DNA from: Eledone cirrhosa
Taxonomy: Eukaryota
Reading direction: 5' to 3'
DNA length: 64,000 nucleotides
Assembly: GCA_964016885.1 (NCBI GenBank)
Contig: OZ024740.1
Coordinates: 312,666,001-312,730,000, forward strand
Below, piece by piece: positions 39,183 through 54,546 of the stretch (positions are counted from its first letter, which is position 1; every line of letters starts with the position of its first letter). Under the pieces are notes generated by a model that searched no databases, was not told where the DNA came from, and worked only from the letters and a program-made list of their open reading frames with translations. A program made the position numbers and the translations under genes.

Positions 39183-41127
39183 TCATTCTCTGACAGTTGT
39201 AAATTAAATAACCACAATCATATTCATACAGGAGGAAGACCATATCAGTGTGATATCCATGGTAAATCATTCTTTCAAAAAGTTCACTTAACTAAACATA
39301 TGTATTCATAAGAAAGAGTTACCACATCAGTGACAAAATACATTCTCTGTAAAAGATATCTAATGTAACAATAAATGTAGCCATATAGTTAAGAAGTCTC
39401 AGGCCATACAATAGAACTCACTGATATATCTAATCATGCCAGAAAGTATGGTGCCTCTAATTATCAGTTACTCAGAAGACACATAGACCACTCCTCCCAT
39501 GGAGAGACATTGAAGTCAGTGAAAATATTTATGGTGAAATTGTGGCACACTTGCCATTATTGATGTTAAGTAGTATGAAAATGCTACTGTCACGACAAAA
39601 AGCACCCAGTACACTCTGTAAATGTAGTTAGCGTTAGGAAGGGCACCCTGCCGTAGAAAACAATTCCAAATCAGTTCTGTATGAGCAAGACGTCATCTGA
39701 TCTGGCTTGTCTCACAATGGGACAACTTGTCTAACCCATGCAAGCATGGAAAAATGTATGTTAAACGGTGGTGATGTGATGTTGCGGAATGAGGAGAGTG
39801 TGTGATAGACTGAGAGAGAGACTAACTGAAGTTGACCCAACAGTGGGACCAGTTATCAAGGTTGATATGGTAGAAAGGACCATTAAGTTATGATGAAAGG
39901 CTGCAAAACATTTGGTGAAAACCCAATTATCATTTTCAACAATATTTCAGACAGTCACTTTAATTCCAGATTCCTCCCCTCGATTGTTGTGAGTAAAAAA
40001 AGAAAACTGGATTTCTAGTTTAGTTTCTCTGGTCATTAAATCAAATAGAAGATTTATGTTGTGAGGAATCTGTTATTACCCTCTGTTTTACTTTTCATAG
40101 CACTTAGGGAATCAATAAGATTCCAGACCTCATTTGCTTACTTGAGTGAGATGGAATTTATCCAATTGGACCAAGTCACAATAGCTGACAGAAAGAGCAA
40201 CGTGAAATGAAGTGTCTTGCTTAAGGCCATAACACATCACCCGGTCATCTAGGAATCAAACTCACAACCTCATGATTGTGAATCCAATTCTCTAACCACC
40301 AAGCCACATGCCTTCATAGCACTTAAAGTGTTTTTGACCTTCCTAGCAGCATATTTGGGCATTAACTCAAATAGAAAAATAGAAGTTTTATGATGTGTTA
40401 AAATCAGCATTTCATTTTCCATTTGACTACAATTAATAAAGTAATTTGATTAAATAAATTTGATTTAATAATTTATTAAATATAAATTTGTTAAACATAC
40501 AGAAAAAGAAAGCAGTATTGGAAAGGACTATAAATGCCATAAATGAGAGAAAGATGAAGAGCAAGGACTACTTGAGAAAGGGGGAAGAGGAGAAGGTGAC
40601 AGATTCTACACCTAGGTCAGAGATGGTTTGGCTGCATCACGCAGACAAAATGGAAAAGGCATTTCCATGGACAATAGCCAGTGACACCCCCCTGCAACAG
40701 CCACCTCACTTCACGGGGACCTCCCTCAGATGAGCTGCTATCAGTCTGTAAAAGTATAATGATGAGAAAATTACTAAATGACAATTGAAAAAAGGGGACA
40801 CCTGAGATTGTAAATAAAGGAATATAACTTAGGTCTCAGAACTACTAGATTATATTATTTTTGATTCAATACTCCTAAACAATGGTAACATTTTAGGTAA
40901 ACTGTTTGCTTTTGTAATTCTACTTTTGATGTTATCAACATTGACATTTCTTCAATAGTGGCAGACACATCTATGTATAATAAACATACGAGAATGTCAC
41001 TATGAATTTGTGATCATGTCACAGCTATCTCAATTGAGATTAGAATGCCAGATAGCTATTTCTGAATCTTTATCCATCATCAGAGACATTTACTTTCTAC
41101 TGAGACAAAGTAGACTTAAAACCTAAA
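39150..41127. repeat. Inverted duplicate of 19290-21330 (3' flank of ZNF-D)
   Basis: Reverse-complement match. Confidence 0.9.
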
Positions 41128-41648
41128 TAATTTTTGCATATGAAACAACAACCGTTAATGGCACTTCTAATTACCTCCCTTTTATCTGTTAATTTCGCAC
41201 AATATGCAAATAGTTTTTGTTCTTAATAGTGGGCGAATGGGTGGGCGGCGGCTTTAGGGAAGTCTAATTTTTCTGTCATTTTGCTTGATTTTTAAAAAAC
41301 CCTGTAGCATTTACATTCCTCTATATAAAGTATTGCTTTTTTACAGTAAAGGCTTTACCACACAAAATATTGAATCTGAGATTTTGAGTTTTTATTTTGA
41401 GAACAATATCGTCACATCAGTATGAGGAGATGGTTACTGCTGGTTTGAACAGAAAGAGGCGAGAGGATTCTGACCGGTTTAAATGCTAAAGGGTTAAAAA
41501 AAGAATTTGTTGTTTAGTTTACATATTGAGGCACAACCTAACGTATATATTTTAAGGTGGTTCGAAAAACTGAAAAATCGGTAAGCATGGTGGGAGGATT
41601 ATTTGAGAGTAAGCACCTTGTCTGTTGTGGTTATGTAGATAATTTATA

Positions 41649-42790
41649 CTAGCTAGGGCTCCCGGCATGGTCTGGGAATGAAATGCTGTTACTCCTCTCA
41701 CATTTTGTTGACATAATTGTTCCGTTTTTCCCTTTCCTCTTGAGACTCATTGGCTCTGTGTAGCAGCTCTCTGCTTGTGTTCAACTCTTTGCAAAGGGGC
41801 TCTAGCTAACTGTATCTGCCATTGCTAGAATACTGTTCTTAGTTTGAATTAGCTTATGGAAGATCATCACTAATGTCGTTTTAATTTGATTCTATTTTTT
41901 CGATTTTCTCCTCCCCAAATTCATGTCTTTTTGGCAGCCAATGAAGAACTTCTGGAAAGTCAGGAATTTATTCTTTTTTGGCATCTTTTTTAAAAAAAAT
42001 AAAATGAGGGTTAAATTAGAAATGACTAAGCTTACCTCATTGTTGATGGAATGCTAGGATCATTTGAGCTTGCTGTGTTCTGCCTATTAGTATCACCTCA
42101 CTTTGATAAACACCAAATATCTGTTTGTGGTAAAGTGTATTTGTACTGTAGTTAGTATCACCTTATTTTGCTTAACTTTCTATGACATGTAAAACAACTT
42201 TAGAGAAGCTAACACAATGTGGCTGAACTTCAACTGGTACATTGTTTTTACAATATTGTGCTTTTATAAGTTTTAAGAGGATTTTAGACTCTTGGAAAAC
42301 AAAAGATAGGCTTCATTGAAACCTTTATTAAAAAAAAAATTATAAGTCATAATTTTTCATGATAGAGAAAGTGAATAAATCGAGCTGCAACTCCTCTACT
42401 TTCAAAATGTTTTTTTAAAGATAGAGATCAATTGTTTCTACTTTTAGCACAAGGCCAGCAATAATTCAAGTGCATTACTGGTATTTCATTTTATCGACTC
42501 CATAAGGATGAAAGGCAAAGTAAACCCCGGCGGGATTTGAACTCAGACCGTATCTCTATGCTGCTAAGCATGACGTCCAACCCTCTACCGATACTGCCAA
42601 GTGCAGAAAGATTTCACCAATGTAAACTTCGATGACATCAAAGATGAAGTGGAGGAAAAATATGAAATATCTGTCACGTCATAATTCCCTATATTGATAT
42701 ATAACTGCAATTAAAACAAAAGAGTTATTTCCCTTAGCGTAGGTAACGTATTGGGGAACAAACACAAATACAGACATTTTATATTGATAG
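41649..42790 (-). mobile_element. Possible non-autonomous Helitron containing a SINE
   Basis: Minus strand starts TCTATCAATATAAAATG near 42790 and ends cccagaccatgccgggagccctagCTAG|T at 41649. Confidence 0.4.
42430..42600 (-). mobile_element. tRNA-derived SINE
   Basis: A and B boxes plus gcctttcatccttatggagtcgataaaa central domain; same family as 60930-61110. Confidence 0.7.
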
Positions 42791-42951
42791 AGACTATTGT
42801 CCCGTGTGAATAAATAACTACATTATTGTCTGCTATTTACACACCTACAGTAGTAATTTGGCTATCTACACACCTTCAACCAGACTGCGCAAATATTGAA
42901 CAGAGAATAACAATACCAACAGAAAATTCATTTACCTGAACAGTTAGCAGC

Positions 42952-42994
<43 letters not shown>

Positions 42995-43059
42995 TAGAAC
43001 ACTGGAAGGTAATATCCGTAGTGGTAGAGCACTCAGTCCATGGGACGAGTTTGGTAGAA

Positions 43060-43211
43060 GTAGTAACACAACAGTTAGTTCACCATACTGAGAACAATTG
43101 TTTCACCTTATGCGGATCTTCAGCTCGTATAACATGACCAGTCTGAGCTGAAGATCTGCATAAGGTGAAACAATTGTTCTCAGTATGGTGAACTAACTGT
43201 TGTGTTACTAC
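43060..43211. repeat. 67-bp-arm hairpin (one mismatch, 18-nt loop) containing a hammerhead-like core
   Basis: 43060-43126 versus 43145-43211; right arm ctgag CTGAAG atct..aggt GAAA caattGTT ctcag. Confidence 0.85.
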
Positions 43212-43544
43212 CTCTCTCTATATATATAAAGTACAGATTATATTATAATAAATATTTGCTCTGTGGGTTTATGAGGGAAACAGGACCCAAGGCGGTAAAT
43301 CAGACTGTTCAGTCTTGGTGTGTGAGGCCTGTGACCCGTGATGTAGAAGGACACACAGGACTGAGACAATCCGTATCAAATCTCTTCACATTTATCATTA
43401 CTATATGTATATTTATTTATATATATATATATATATATAAAGTTAACATATAAGTAGAGAGATTTATTGATGTTCTGAAGCAAAGTCCATTAAGTTTATT
43501 TATTGAGAAACAATAATCAAACCTATTAAATATATATTGATAGA

Positions 43545-46308
43545 TCCGGGGAACACACAAGCCAGGTAGATTATATCCTTACCAGAAGACGTGACAGAGT
43601 GTCTGTTGTAAACACTAAATCCCTCCCCCATGAAGAATGCACCTCCCAACATAGACTGATAATTAGCGACCTCATAGTCAGGACGAGACGTACTCGACAG
43701 CAGAAGAGGACTATCCTCAGGAGAAAAATATGGAAGCTAAAGGACCCCACAGCCAGAAATAAATTTCAAAGCATATTACTTGATGCTTTCGACAGTAAGG
43801 AAGAGCATTTAGAGTCGGACAATATAGAGGGACAGTGGGAATTTCTGAAAGCAAACCTGCTGATGGCGACAGACGAAGTCTGTGGCTGGAGCAGGCCTGT
43901 AGGCAGGAGGAGAGTAACATGGTGGTGGAACAGTAAGGTGGAGGGGACAATTAAGGCCAAAAAGCAGGCTTGGAAAGTATGGCGGGATGGGGGAAGTAGA
44001 GAAGACTATCAAGTGGCCAGGAGGGAAGCTAGGAGACAAGTGTACTTAGCAAGAAGGGAAGCAGAGGAAAGAAAGTTCAAGCATGTTCTACAACGCGAGG
44101 ACCAAAAACGTGAGGTGTTCAGGATTGCTAGGCAATGTGTCAAGGAAAACCGTGATATTGTCGGGGAGAAGTGTGTACTTAATGATGATGGCGTACTTGC
44201 CATCACCGACGCTGATAAGAAGGTAGCTTGGAAGTGCCACTATAAAAGGCTACTAAATGAGGAGAATAAATGGGAGAAAGACAGTCTCCCCCACATCGAC
44301 CCAATAGAGGGACCAGCAGTGTTAGTCGAGGGTAGTATAATAAGTAAGGCAATCAAGGATATGAAGACGGGTAAGGCGGCTGGGCCTTCGGAAATAGTTG
44401 CTGAGATGCTGAAGGCATCTGGCTCGGTGGGACACACCTTGGTCACCCGGATAGTTAACCAAGTCGTACAGAATGGCATAGCAGCATCATCGTTAACTGT
44501 TATAAGGGTAAAGGAGATGCCCTAGATAGGAGTAACTATAGAGGCATTAAACTAATCGACCAGGTCATGAAGGTCACGGAAAAAGTAATAGCGCAACTAA
44601 TCAGAGAGAGAATTGACCTAGATGAAATGCAGTTCGGGTTTGTGTCAGGCAAAAGTACCACAGACGCTCTTTTCATTGTACGTCAACTACAGGAGAAGTA
44701 CCTAGCTAAAGGTAAACCCCTCTACTTAGCTTTTGTCGACTTGGAGAAAGCCTTCGACAGAGTCCCCCGTTCCATTATCTGGTGGGCCCTTAGAAAACTA
44801 GGTGTCGACGAATGGCTTGTGAGAGCTATACAAGCCATGTATAAAGAAACAGTCAGCAAGGTTAGAATTAACAACGAATATAGTGAAGAGTTTAGCGTAA
44901 AAGTTGGCGTCCATCAGGGCTCTGTTCTCAGCCCCCTACTATTCAGGCTATAACAGAGGAGTTCAAGACCGGCTGCCCATGGGAACTCCTATACGCAGAC
45001 GACCTGACACTCATAGCTGAATCAATGGCCGAGCTAGAGAAGAAATTCCAAACATGGAAGCACAGCCTAGAATCAAAAGGCCTTAAAATTAACCTGGCTA
45101 AGACTAAAGTTCTAGTTTGTAGGAAAGAAAATAAGGCGGCGGTCCCTTCCGGGAAATGGCCATGCTCAGTGTGTAGGAAAGGCGTAGGTAGAAACTCCAT
45201 TTTATGTCCCAAATGCAAAGTATGGGTGCATAAAAGATGTAGTGGGATCACAGGTAAGCTAACTAAGAACTTAGATTTTACATGTGGCCGGTGCTCTGGT
45301 GCAATAAGTAGTGGCGAGTGCCCACAAAATACTAACTCTTTCAATTGCGCAGAGGGCTCTATAGAAATAGTGGACAGCTTCCGTTACCTGGGTGACAAAA
45401 TCAGCAGTGGGGGAGGGTGCTCCGAAAGTACAGTAGCTAGAGTCAGAACTGGATGGAAAAAGTTCAGAGAGCTTATACCACTATTAGCCGCTAAAGGGTT
45501 CTCCCTAAAAATGAAAGGCAGGTTGTATGATGCCTGCATACGAACAGCAATGTTGCATGGCAGTGAGACCTGGGCATTGTGCGCAGAGGATATACGCAGA
45601 CTAGAGAGGAACGAAGCTTGCATGCTCCGCTGGATGTGTAATAGTAATATACGTGAACGGCAAAGCATAAACGAACTAAGGAAAAAATTAGAAATAAGAG
45701 GGATCAGATGTTGTTTACTCGAGAGAAGGCTACGTTGGTACGGACACGTGATGCGCATGAAAGTCGACAGCTGTATAACAAAGTGCAGGGCAATAAAGAT
45801 AGACGGTAGCCACGGAATAGGCAGACCTAGAAAATCCTGGAACGAGCTGATAAACTCCGACCTCACACACTTACACCTCTCCAAGACAATGTCACTGGAC
45901 CGAGACCTTTGGCGGTACTCAGTAATAGAGAAGACCCGCCTTACCTAAATACATAGTAAAACCTACTACAGCCAGTAGGCATCTCTAACAAAATACACCC
46001 CGTCCCACCACCCACACCACCCCCTCCTATGTAAAGTTATGTTGGTGCCACAACATCCAGGCCGAAACAAATGAGATCGTGTAGGTGTCACGACAAAAAA
46101 ACACACAGTCCACGCTGTAATGTGGCCGTGTAGGCAACACGGTAAAAACCTCCCAGTCCCACACTGTAAATGTGGTTGGTGTTAGGAAGGGCATCCAGCT
46201 GTAGAAAACCTGCCAGACAGTCCTATGCGAGCAAGACAATCACTCTTGCTTCAAGTGGGAATACCCCCGTCCAAACCCATGCAAGCGTGGAACACGGACG
46301 ATAAACGT

Positions 46309-46339
<31 letters not shown>

Positions 46340-46340
46340 A
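43545..46340 (+). mobile_element. 5'-truncated RTE LINE (end of AP endonuclease, RT, PHD-like finger, 3'UTR, (GAT)n tail) with two frameshifting deletions
   Basis: ORFs 43599-44525, 44567-44953 and 45025-45948; SQHRL, NYRGIKL, FVDLEKAFDRV, GVHQGSVLSPLLF, YADD, GRPRKSW. Confidence 0.92.
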
Positions 46341-47275
46341 CCTTAACTTAGTATGTATATATATATATATATATATAATTCAAGTTAAAGAGACAGTGGA
46401 GGCCAACTAGTGAATAAGGACAGTCTATTTATTGAAGAAGAAATTGCAGACTACTTGAAGGTTGTCACTGGAAGGAAGAAATATTTAAAGTGTTGGTAAA
46501 TCTTAGGAATTAATTTTTGGTCAAGAGAAATATAAACTCTTTAAAAGAACAACAAACGAGGGAAGCAGATTTATTGAAATTTTGGTTTACAATTTACAAA
46601 GTTTAGAGAAAATGAAATGTTTTTTAGTTAACCCACATCAACATAAAGATTAGATATTAAAACATTGTTCAGGAGGATTAAAATGTTATATAATACACTT
46701 TATATTTAGTTAATGGTTACATGAACATTTGCTGGTGTAGACATGTGATGGTAGTCAGGTGACAGATGGTGTAGATATATGATGGTAGTGATATGAGAGC
46801 TGGTGTAGACGTGATGTAGCCAGATAGTGCTGTTAGAAAGGGTATCCAGCCATAAATCACTGCCTCAAAAAAGGAGACAGCCCAGAGGCTTGTGTTAGCA
46901 ATTGAACACAGACAATATAGGGTTTGTGAGGACCCTTCACACAGGTGAGCATGTAGTACCCTCTCCAGTCCAGATGCCATAATAAAATACAGCCAGTACA
47001 CTGTAAAGTGGTAGTGATGGTGCCACAAAAACAGACACCAAGATGTGCCAACCATTCTGGTTTTGAACTGGGACCTGTTCAACCTATCTCAAATTGGAAA
47101 GTGAATGTAAAATGATGATGATAGTTATATTTCTGTAAGAATACATACATGTGTAGTAGGGGTCAACTTTTTGAGAGAATGATTTACCACAGATATCACA
47201 ATGATATGGCTTCTCTCCAGTACAAGTATGTTTGGCTATTTAATGTACTACTTACACTGAATGATTTACCACAGA

Positions 47276-48112
<837 letters not shown>

Positions 48113-48422
48113 TTACAGAGAATGATTTACCACAGATATCACAGCGATATGGTTTCTCTCCTATATGACTGCGTTTGTATTTAGTTAATGATTTATCACA
48201 GATATCACAGTGATATGGCTTATCTTCTGCATGAATGCATTTGTGAACAACTAAGCCACTACGTCCAGAAAAAGATGTATCACAAATATCATAGTGATAT
48301 GGCTTCGCTCCTGTGTGAGTATGTTTGTGTTTAGTTAACTGATGTGGCTCAGAGAATGATTTACCACAAATATCACAGTAGTGTGGCTTCTCACCTGTAT
48401 GAGTACGATTGTGTTTTAATTA

Positions 48423-48596
<174 letters not shown>

Positions 48597-48950
48597 TTAT
48601 TGAGAAAATGATTTACCACAAATATCACAACAATATGGTTTCTCTCCTGTATGAACTCATTTGTGAACACCGCTAGAAAAGGGTTTATCACATTCATCAC
48701 ACTTACATGGCTTCTTCCCTGTATGAGTCCGCCTGTGTTCAGTTAAGTAAGAGTTTTTAGCGAATGACTTACTACAAATATCACAGTGATATGGTTTCTC
48801 TCCTATATGAATGCGTTTGTGAATAGTTAAGGCAGTTGCTTGAGAGAAAGAGCTATCACATTGATATGGCTTCTCTCCTGTATGAACACACTTGTGAACA
48901 GTTAAGTCCTTTTTTACAGAGAATGATTTACTAAAGATATCACAGTGTTA

Positions 48951-49100
<150 letters not shown>

Positions 49101-49201
49101 TCACAGTGATATGGCTTATCTCCTGTGTGAGTATATTTGTGTTTAGTTAACAAATATCTCTCAGAGAATGATTTACCTCAAATATTACAGTAGTGTGGCT
49201 T

Positions 49202-49604
49202 TATAACGGGTTTTAGGGTCAATTCTTAATATACATAATAGAGATCAGAAGGCATTTAGAACATTGACTAAATCCATTATCGATGTTGTAACTCTATTTA
49301 TTAGTCGTACATGTTGAACGGATACATTAGGTACAGGTCGTATCTACATGTGTAGGATGTAGCTTGGTCCGCTTCATTGCAAGATGGAGATGTTGTTAGC
49401 AGCGATGAGTGTAGCCTGGTCTTGTCGATAAGAGAGGTGCGTGTAGACTAATGACTCTCTTGGTCACCTCCGCTCACACTGGTGACGTAGTTCTGGACAG
49501 TCGAATTAGTGCGCCGAAGGTTTTGATTGGCTCACACTTCAGCCAACTTACCTCCGTAACACCATTCCTCCGCAGAAGGAAAATACATTTTATTCACTGC
49601 TACA
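49202..49604 (-). repeat. 3' LTR (polypurine tract at 49605-49616)
   Basis: Direct repeat of 54547-54949 with two visible substitutions; AGCAGGGGGTGA adjoins on the minus strand. Confidence 0.95.
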
Positions 49605-49826
49605 TCACCCCCTGCTTAGGCTTACAGCCGACAGAGAAATAAGGGTAGCAGTTGAATGAAAGAAAAAGTACTATATAATAGTAAACACAATAAAATATAT
49701 CACTGATAAAGAAATGTTCATATTACAGGAAAGTCAGAAATAGTGTAATGTTCACCTTAGTTCATACATTTAATACAAATACAAGGGCGGAGCAAACTCC
49801 AAGAAGATTGCTGTAAATAACATAGT

Positions 49827-52800
49827 TCATATATAAAGAGTCTTGCAAAGCTTCTTGGGCCAATGTACTCGCCGACCGCTACGTGTGGTGGTGACATATG
49901 TAGGTGTAGGTGTGTGCGATGTTGTATGTGTATTGTGGCTTGGCTGATGCCAGGTGTATGTGGGGGGAAAATGGGGCTCTTGTGTGAGAGTGTCTGTATA
50001 GGCCCGTTTTACCCTGTCAATGGACACAGTCTCTTTTTTACCCCCAATGTCTAGGGTGAATAGCTTATCTGTGCGCTCAAGCACGCGATAGGGACCGGTA
50101 TAAGGTGGCATGAGAGGAGCTCTCACGGCGTCCTTTCGTAAAAAGACGTGGGTCCATGAAGCAATGTCTTTCGGGACCGAAGATTTGATTGTCTGTTGGC
50201 GAGGGTGCATAGGCGGAAGATTGCTGAAATATGATTGCAGTCTGCTCACATACAGAGCTGGGTCTGTTGCTGGTAGGTCCAATGGAGCTAACATCTGACC
50301 AGGCAGAGATATAGGCACTCCGTAAACCAACTCGGCGGGGGAGTAGCCTAGATCTTCCTTGATGGCTGCACGACAGCCCAGGAGGAAAATTGGTACATAT
50401 TCGCTCCACCGCTGCTGATCCGGATAAGTGCGCAGTGTGGCTTTCAATTGGCGGTGGAAGCGTTCAATCATTCCGTTAGAAGCTGGATGGTAGCTGGTCG
50501 TTCGAATGCGTTGCATTCCCAGGATCCTTGAAAGCTCTCGGAAAAGGTGTGACTCAAATTGTCCACCGCGGTCAGTGGTGATAGTGGCTGGAACTCCGTA
50601 ACGCGATATCCAACCCGATACTAGGGCTCGCGCTACAGATTCCACCGAAATGTCACTTAAAGGAATGGCTTCAGGCCAACGTGTGAAGCGATCTATGCAG
50701 GTCAGGAGGTATGTAAATCCTCGGCTGACCGGCCATGGTCCGACAAGATCTATATGGACATGGCTGAACCGAGCGTCTGGAGTGCTGAAAGTTCCAAGGG
50801 GTGCGCGGATGTGTTTGTGCACCTTTGACTTTTGGCAGGATAGGCAGGAACGTGTCCAGGCAGTGATGTCACGCCTCATATTAGGCCAGAAGAATCTAGC
50901 CGAAATGAGTTTCACTGTGGTCGATATTCCAGGGTGTGCCAGACCGTGCAAGGTGTCGAAAACTGCTCGACGATGAGTCACTGGCACTAGAGGGCGAGGT
51001 GCATCTGTCGAGGTGTCGCAGATAATCTGTGTGTCCGAAGTTGGCACAGGCAGATATGCAAATTTGCCAGTTGCAAATTCAGAAGACGAGAGGTCCAAAG
51101 TATCCAGAGGTGGTTGTTCTGTTGCCATTCGTTGGAGGTCGATTTCCGCTGGCGATGACAGGAAATTAATTGGGAGGCGAGACAGTGCATCTGCCGCCGC
51201 ATTCTGTTCACCAGAGATGTGTCGGATATCGCTGGTAAATTGCGAAACGAAGTCCAAGTGGCGAGTTTCGCGAGGTGAATATTTGTCCGGCTTAGAACGC
51301 AGTGCGAACGTAAGCGGACGGTGGTCAGTGTATATAACAAATTGGCGACCCTCCAGTGAATGCCGAAAGTGTTTCACTGCAAGGTACATAGCCAAGAGTT
51401 CACGGCCGAATGTGCTATACCGTGTTTCTGCAGGCTTCAGCTGTTTAGAAAAGTAGGCAAGAGGTTGTAACTGTTGTTGGTGATGTTGTTGCAGTACTGC
51501 ACCTACAGCTGTGCCTGATGCATCAACAACCAGTGAAAACTGGGCACCAGACACAGGATGTGCAAGCAGTGATGTCTCCGCAAGCTTCCGCTTCACTTCG
51601 TCGAAGGCTTTTAGCTGATTCGTGTCCAATGAAATGGAATCGTTCTTCTTTTTCCTGTTACGTAACAGGTCGGACAGAGGAGACAGGAGATCCGCACAGT
51701 GTGGGATAAAGCGCCTGTAATAGTTCAGTAGCCCAAGGAAATGTCGTAGTTGACGAAGTGAAGTGGGTGGTTGGAGGTCTTGTACCGCTTTCACTTTATC
51801 AGGTAGTGGCGAAATTCCTTCTGGGCTGATGACATGGCCCAAGAAGACAAGTGAGGAAGCACCGAAAGCACATTTTGCCGGATTAATTCTCACTTGGTAT
51901 TTTTGAAATCTCTCGAACAGGAGACGGAGGTGAGTGACATGTTCCTCAGGTGAGGCACTTGCCACAAGAATGTCGTCGATGTAGCTGTACACGAAGTCTA
52001 AATCGCGCACAACTTCATCCATAAATCGTTGGAACGTGCTGGCTGCGTTTCGTAAACCAAAAGGCATGGTCAAAAATTCAAACGCTCCAAATGGAGTTGT
52101 TACTGCAGTTTTAGGTATGTCTGCCGGATTCACCGGGATTTGGTGGTATGCTTTGACCAAATCCAATTTGGAGAATATGTTGCATCCATGCAGCGAAGAT
52201 GCAAAATCCTGTATGTGTGGTATCGGGTAGCGGTCGGGTACCGTCATTGCATTTAACCGGCAAAAGTCCCCAGTGGGACGCCAATCACCGGAACGCTTTG
52301 GTACCAAATGCAAGGGTGCGGCCCACGGGCTTGAGGATGGGCGAATGATCCCGAGCTGCAGCATGTGATTGAATTCAGCCTTTGCGGCCTTCAGTTTCTC
52401 AGCAGAGAGACGGCGAGGGCGCGAAAACACAGGAGCGCCGGATGTTTCAATGTGGTGCTTGGTGGAGTGAGTAGGCTCACTCATCACAAAATTCAAATTT
52501 GTTAATTCCGGGAAGGAATGCAAAAGTGATTGGTAAGGATCTTCTGTAGCAGCGATAAAGAAGACCGGGCTGACCGACGAGACAGTCGATCTGGTACCCG
52601 GCACAGACAGTTCTGTGTTGGCATCCAACAACCGGCATCTGCGCATATCCACTATCAAGTTATAGTCGTGCAGGAAATCTGAGCCTAGGATGGGGTAAGG
52701 CAGATCAGCAACAGTGAAGATCCACGTGAAATCTCTACGCAATTCCAGGTTCAAAGAACGAGAAATCTGACCGTACGTGGGGATCGGTGACTGGTTTACT

Positions 52801-52990
52801 GCTTGCAGAGAGACGGTTGAGAGTTGGGGCTTCTCTTTGAGAAGTTTTAGCGGCCAAATGCTACAAGCCGCGCCGGTGTCGATCAGACAACGTGCTTGCG
52901 ACTCAGTGTCTGTGATGAAAAACACACGGTTATTAGGGAGGGTCAGAGGAGACTGTGCCGTGCTCAGGTCTCCTGAAATCTGTTTCCCTG
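49827..52990 (-). CDS. pol: Pol polyprotein (protease, RT, RNase H, integrase), entered by -1 frameshift
   Basis: [52 protein letters not shown]. Confidence 0.95.
52946..52988 (-). promoter_or_regulatory. -1 ribosomal frameshift signal
   Basis: G GGA AAC in the gag frame, followed 7 nt later by the stem AGGAGAC..GTCTCCT. Confidence 0.75.
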
Positions 52991-53878
52991 GTCTGAAAAT
53001 GTACAAGGCTGATTACAGGAGCGTGCTGCTGCGCCAAAACGGCTGTGGTAGTAACACAAACCTGAACTGCTTGTGTGACGGCGTCGTGGCGAGGGTGAAC
53101 GGCTCTGGAAACGGCGTCTGGGCGAATGAGCCCTGTGAGTGCTTAGTTTTCTCACTTCCTTGGTTAGCTGCTCTATTGCTTGCAGCATTGCTGCATTTGC
53201 AAGTGACTGGTCGGTATAACTGGCAGCCGCTGGAGTGAAGGAAGCGACCGCAGTCGGCGGCTGGGATACATTGAAGGAGATAGGAGCGAACGGATTGACC
53301 GCAGCCGGTGGCTGAGGTGCCTGGAAGGAGGCAGGAGAGAACGGATTGACCGCAGCCGGTGGCTGAGGTGCCTGGAAGGGGGCAAATGAGGCTGGGTGTC
53401 CGATGACACTCATAACCCTGTCGGCCGAAGCCGCTAGCTGGTCGACAGGAGCAGCCTCCATCATGGGCGCTAAAATCGCCTGAATTCCGGGGGGGGGGGG
53501 TAGCCTTGAGACAAAAAGCTGTCTAAGGAGGGCACTGTCAGCTGGGGCATCTTCCGCCAGCTCTCTCATCCGACGCAGTAGTTGTGTGGGCATCCGATCA
53601 CCCAAATGTTCGTCATTGACGAGCGTCTGAAATTTTTTTTCTGCGGACAATGTGGTCCGCCGCAACACTTCGAGCTTCACGCTCTCATAGGAGGCCCCAG
53701 GGCGAGGATCGGTAATTAAGTCTTTGACGACCGACGTCAATGACACTGGAAAAGCGCTTAACAGGAGATTTAACTGTCTGTGGTCACTGGTGATGTTATT
53801 CGCTGTGAATTGTGCTTCTATCTGGGCGAACCAGACAGTGACGTCACCGGTAAACGGTGGCAATGAAGTGCTACCCAT
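52964..53878 (-). CDS. gag: Gag
   Basis: [53 protein letters not shown]; ATG at 53878. Confidence 0.9.
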   Translation of the reverse strand: MGSTSLPPFTGDVTVWFAQIEAQFTANNITSDHRQLNLLLSAFPVSLTSVVKDLITDPRPGASYESVKLEVLRRTTLSAEKKFQTLVNDEHLGDRMPTQLLRRMRELAEDAPADSALLRQLFVSRLPPPPGIQAILAPMMEAAPVDQLAASADRVMSVIGHPASFAPFQAPQPPAAVNPFSPASFQAPQPPAAVNPFAPISFNVSQPPTAVASFTPAAASYTDQSLANAAMLQAIEQLTKEVRKLSTHRAHSPRRRFQSRSPSPRRRHTSSSGLCYYHSRFGAAARSCNQPCTFSDQGNRFQET

Positions 53879-54526
53879 TGTGTATACTGGTGTAAAAGCA
53901 AAGGGCAAAGAAAGGACAACTCTGCACTTGTCACCCAGACAAAAGTGAAAATTCCGGCCAAGAAAAAATATAATCCGAGTGAAGGACAGAAAAAGAAAAA
54001 TATATCAAAAACAATGTTGGAGGGAAAAACGTCAAGCTTTAAAAAAAAAATTATGATTTATCTTTGTCCTATTATTTTTTTTTTTGTGTACTTTTCAAAA
54101 TGGCGTTGCCTCCGTCGTTTTGGCGGGAAAACAGCTGAAGAAGACGGAAGTCGGCCATCTTGCTCTGACCGGCTATCAGCACCAACAGTTTTTTTTTTTT
54201 TTTTTATAGCGTCGCCCAATCAGAAATTGAGAGGGAAAAATAAGATTTTTGTATTAACGCATGTGTTCGGTGATGTTAGAAAGTGAAGGTGTGATGTGCA
54301 GATTTAGTAACAATAAGACAATATATCAAATACATATTAGGACTCACGCTAATCGCGTACATACCCCGAGAAAAGGCGAGTGGCTTTGTTTTTTCTTTTT
54401 TTTCTTTTTTTTTTTTTGGGGATGCGAAATGTTGATGTGTTCGTTGCAACGGAAAGATGTGGTTTCTTCTGTGTTGATGTCCTTAAACGTTCGGGTCACC
54501 ATTTATAATGTGATTTGTTGTATCGT

Positions 54527-54544
54527 ATCACGTCGGGGTCACCA
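54527..54544 (-). promoter_or_regulatory. Primer-binding site complementary to the tRNA-Trp 3' end
   Basis: TGGTGACCCCGACGTGAT, 2 nt inside the 5' LTR. Confidence 0.85.
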
Positions 54545-54546
54545 TT

